In this document: in pieces, positions 59,919-64,000 of the stretch
Layout of the letters: each line of letters starts with the position of its first letter
How positions within the stretch are numbered: position 1 is the first letter of the stretch
Assembly (NCBI GenBank): GCA_001643675.2
Contig: LSRY02000021.1
Coordinates: 1,116,001 to 1,180,000, forward strand
Reading direction: 5' to 3'
Source of the DNA: Monocercomonoides exilis PA203
Lineage: Eukaryota > Protista > Preaxostyla
DNA length: 64,000 nt
Position numbers and translations under genes: made by a program
The notes under the pieces: generated by a model
Database searches by the model: none
What the model saw: only the letters and a program-made list of their open reading frames with translations
What the model was told of the DNA's origin: nothing

Positions 59919-60136
59919 TAATCGATTAATTTCCTTCTGTTTTCTAACGATTTTCCACAAAATATGGAGCGTATATCATCAGCTGGGATCCCTTCAGTTC
60001 TTTCAATCAAAACTTTCAAATCCCAAACGCTGAAGTGTGTATCCACACTGCAAGAAATCTTTTTACCAGATAATAGCAAACAGTGAACAGTAAAAGGCTT
60101 ATGATCCCTAGACAAAACAGAAAAATGACTTGACAT
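59919..60136 (-). pseudogene. 5' part of the disrupted ubiquitin-like-domain gene
   Basis: MSS...LLSGKKISCSVD...VWDLKVLIERTEGIPADDIRSIFCGKSLENRRKLID is a ubiquitin fold truncated at the insertion site. Confidence 0.88.
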
Positions 60137-60233
60137 TTTTTAATGATCACTCACATAAAATAAAATTATATTTTTTATTTTCTTTGTCTTTTTCTTTCTT
60201 TCTCGTATAGCAGTAAAACACTTGTCTCAATCA

Positions 60234-60236
<3 letters not shown>

Positions 60237-60285
<49 letters not shown>
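60237..60285. repeat. Poly-T tract (49 nt)
   Basis: Directly visible. Confidence 0.9.
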
Positions 60286-60287
<2 letters not shown>

Positions 60288-61394
60288 TTGACTGACAGAA
60301 AGAGGAATCAACAAATGATAGAGATCATCAGTAACGATTTAGCTAATAATATTTGCTACGAAATTAAATGTTCGAAATACATCTGCTTTCAACGAATTTT
60401 TGAGAATATACAACTGCTTCTTTTTTCCCATTAAACCTGAAAATGAAGAATTTTTCACACTTTATTGAACATGGAAAAGGATTGTTCGTTTTTCTTTTGT
60501 TTGACTTGAAATTGCAAAAGAAGTGATAAAAAGATTTCATGCAACTAAAAGAAAATGTGGAAATGAATTTTTAAAATTGTTTATTTCATTAGATGAATTT
60601 TGAAATAAAAAAATATTTTGAAATAAAATTTTATTTCAAGTTTTATATGGGTTATTTTGAATTAATCCACTTATTTCAAAATAACCAAGTTATTTTCAGT
60701 AAGACTGACTTATTTTGAGTTTTCGAAACCACAATGATTTTTTCAAATGTGATAATTCGACTAAATGAAAAATTACGAATATTTAAATTTCAATGTCTTT
60801 GTTATGAATAAGTACCATATTTGTAAAAGCAATGTGGTGAATTTGTTAAATAAATTTGAAAAATCAAAATTCAACAAAAATTTGTATCATATCATTAGGG
60901 CATCTTCAATAGTTGCAATGATTAATAAATGACAGTTTATAATGATTCAATGCAAAAGCCTTACAAAAAACTGTGAAATTTCCCAAGAACACAGATTTTT
61001 TGTTTTGTTTTTTCACCCATTAAATCTACGAAATGATCCAATGAAATCAACAGCTCAAATTTTTTTTCAATTCATAAAGCTTAAAGCGATTTTTGATTGC
61101 AATAGGTATTAAAGCTGCAAATCTATCATATGGTTTCATGAAAAATAAACTGTGCTTGGCCTTTTCTTTATAATTAGAATGGATTCGATATTTGTTTTCA
61201 ATTACCGCATTATTTAAAACTGTTGCAAGATGACCTATTTGAAAAAGCAAAGAGTTATGTGGGTAAATGCGTTGATCTGAATGCAATGTGTGAAAATATG
61301 ATTATCTATCAATTTTCAAAAATTATTTTATTTATTTTCGGATTAGAAAACTTGATTCGTTGGAAATGAAAATGGAGAAGGAGGGAGCTCGTGT

Positions 61395-62099
61395 GTGTTT
61401 GACTGCAGTTTCACTTCATGTTCGGCTACAAATAATTATGGTGGAGGCATGTTTTGCAAAAATGTTCCAGTTGAATTCAAAATGAGGAGCATTCAATTTA
61501 TGTCATGTTCAACAACCGCATATGGAGGAGGTTTGAGATTGCACCTAAACAGACCAACAGCACCTGATGATGGAATCTATTGTTATTTCCTTTTCTTTCA
61601 TGAATGCAAATGCTCTGCTAATACTCCATATGGGCATGATGTTGAATATGCAGATCATTACGGTCTTTATTTTGAGTCAGGGAATCCGTTCTTCGAATGC
61701 TACACCACGAACACAGATGACAGAAGGATGTGCTATGCATACAACTACTCGAATGCTGGTGCCTGGACGTTTCAACACACGGAAAAGAAGGAGTGGCTGA
61801 AGGACAAGACGATCTATGTTTCTGTGAATGGGAATGATTCATATGAGCTGTGTGGGGCAAATGAATCAAATCCGTGTCTGACGGTGAAGAAAGCGTTTGA
61901 GATGTGTGGAGTACATATTAGCTTGACAATCACGCTGATGGAAGGGAATCATGTAAGTGAGGCAACAACAATTGAGATTGGGACAAAGAAGATTTCGGTC
62001 ATTGGGAGAGGCAAAGATAAGAATGTGAATGAAACGAATGCGATTTTTATTGAAATAATCACTGTTATCCGAAGCAATAGAAGATTTTGTACAGAATGA
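61395..62099 (+). pseudogene. Fragment of a Cys-rich pectin-lyase-like (right-handed beta-helix) surface protein
   Basis: CSFTSCSA..YGGGM, F.SCS...YGGGL, YFLFFHEC, IYVSVNGND...CG.NESNPCLTVKKA; lacks an N-terminus and degrades downstream. Confidence 0.6.
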
Positions 62100-62937
62100 G
62101 GCAGCTTCGAATGCCAGAAAAAGATAACTATGAACGATGACGGTAATGAGGGAGAAAAGCAGTTGAAGCATTTTGAAAGAAATGAAGGATCCAAAGGAGA
62201 GAAATGTCAAATATTTTTGTTGAGACAGTACCACCTTCCAAAGAATCCCACTGAGAAAAAAGGAAAAGATGATGTAACAACAGATAATCCATCTATACAA
62301 TATATGTATGACCTCCGACCTCATAAAGCATATACAAGTGCTGCGCGGCAGTCGAGTTGCTCGTAAAAGTTTTGTCAAGAAACATGCAATCTGCAAGCCA
62401 GGAACTATGCTTCCGTTCAAAACAGTATTCCGTTGGGATTTCCCTAACATGCTGAAGATGGCAGAGGTATCTGAACTCGGTAGAAGACGAAAAATATTTA
62501 TGCATCAGCGCACTCGGAGCAAAAGCAGAACAAGAGCAGTATGCGCTAAAGAAGCATCGCAACTGCCACTTGAAGTGTCAGACAACATTGCCAGCAACAC
62601 ACATTGCTCACATGGCGTCTGAAGAGGCTTGTCAAACACACCCTCTCCTTCTGCTTTTTTCTTCCAATCTCCCACATTTATTATTATTTTTGTTGTTGCT
62701 GCTGCATATAACCCATCGACACTTCAGCACTAGCATTCGCCCAACCCCTTTTATTCTTGCCTTCTCATTCACTCTATCAACAGGGAAAATGCAACTCTTT
62801 GTGCCTGCTATTGATGGAGATGCAGGAGAAGCAGCTGAAGCACGAGGAAAAGAGGAAAATGATTAGAAGATATCTGACAAACCAGCGGCGTATCTGGCGG
62901 ATGAGTACGGCACGAACGTAAAGACGAAACCGCACTG

Positions 62938-63295
62938 CCTTCTTCTTCTTCTTCTCCTCCTTCTCCTTCTCCTTCTCCTTCTCCTTCTCCTTCTCCTTCT
63001 CCTTCTCCTTCTCCTTCTCCTTCTCCTTCTCCTTCTCCTTCTCCTTCTCCTTCTCCTTCTCCTTCTCCTTCTCCTCCTCCTCCTCCTCCTCCTCCTCCTT
63101 CTTCTCTTTCTCCTTCTCTTCCTTCTTCTTCTGATCTAATCACTCAAACAACTGCTCAATCTTCTTCTTCTTCTTCTTCTTCTTCTTCTTCTTCTCCTCC
63201 TCCTTCTTCTTCTTCTTCTTCTCCTTCTTCTTCTTCTTCAAATTCTTCAAATTCTTCAAATTCTTCTTTTCTTTCTTTCTTTCTTCTTCTTCTTC
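62938..63295. repeat. (TCTCCT)n and (TTC)n pyrimidine microsatellites
   Basis: Directly visible. Confidence 0.85.
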
Positions 63296-63512
63296 AATAC
63301 CAACGTCGATGTCAACTTTATCTTTGGAGTATAAATTACCTTCATTTATTGAAGAGAGTAACGCAACAGATGCAAAAATTGCTAAAACCAAAACAAACAA
63401 AGGAGAAATCAAAGAAGAAGAAAACGGAATACAAGATTGTTAGAATATTTTGCAACTCTGCACAAAGATGCATGGCGAAGAGAATAAAGAGTTGAGTGGA
63501 GCATCTGTGTGA

Positions 63513-64000
63513 GTGAATCAATCCTTATTCCTCTCATCACGTTCAATGCCCTTTATGTCCTTCTCCCAATTAACAATTTTCAACATTTCAACAGCATCAT
63601 CAGATTATTCACCTCCAACAACTACATCAACCCAAGCTACATGTGTGATTGGAAGCTACTCATTTTCATCGGTTTGTGATACATGTGAGGGCGGGGTTAT
63701 TCCCTTTCTGACTGCCTCAAACATTTCATTCATTGGATGCTATAGAACAAGGAAAGCGGAGGCGCTATTGAAGCCAAGGAGGCAAAGCATAAGTTTTGAT
63801 GGAGCAAATACTTTTATTTGGTGCGAATGGAACAGATCAAAGTCAACAGGAAACAATGATTCTTCAACCAACGGAACATTAAGCTGAGAGGTTATCTGCA
63901 TGTGCAACCAATCATTTGTCACTGTGTCTGTTTCGAATTGCTCTTTCAATGATTGAGGTGCTCATTATGATGGAGGAAAGCATATTCTGTTTTAGTCTCA
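63513..64000 (+). pseudogene. Further decayed beta-helix surface-protein fragment running off the window
   Basis: SFSQLTIFNIS, CVIGSYSFSSVCD...GGVI, ASNISFIGC, NTFIWCEW; continues past a TGA. Confidence 0.45.

Noticed and set aside
59918-60136. Standalone small ubiquitin-like modifier gene
   Set aside because: No C-terminal strand or diglycine; its stop is created by the TIR junction and the frame continues at 50361.
60237-60285. Poly-T as a retroposon poly-A tail
   Set aside because: No TSD or element body identified next to it.

Overview
AT-rich eukaryotic genomic DNA with short GT/GC-AG introns, Ser-rich low-complexity proteins and the standard genetic code; the gene families and style resemble an anaerobic metamonad/oxymonad such as Monocercomonoides (inference, not shown by the sequence). 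Host genes: a bacterial-type secreted GH2 glycosidase, MFAP1, MAT1, a greatly expanded ATG4, a saposin-domain protein, a Cys/His-repeat protein, an M6PR/ATG27-like receptor, a CK1/TTBK kinase, an Arf GTPase, a coiled-coil protein, a COMM-only COMMD3-like protein, p24 and a Rad21/Rec8 kleisin. The most notable content is mobile DNA. (1) A 9.55-kb element without a recognisable transposase (50370-59918; 182-bp TIRs, 8-bp TSD) carries decayed host-gene cargo and splits a ubiquitin-like-domain gene whose frame rejoins exactly when the element is removed. (2) A head-to-tail Merlin/IS1595-like dimer has a 5-bp spacer. (3) A complete DIRS1-type tyrosine-recombinase retrotransposon is nested in a Merlin-like MITE with a perfect 9-bp TSD. 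(4) A family of GG...CC MITEs with 4-bp A-N-W-T TSDs includes a triple nest at 40355-41100. Intron boundaries were placed by eye and family assignments rest on remembered motifs; no database searches were run.
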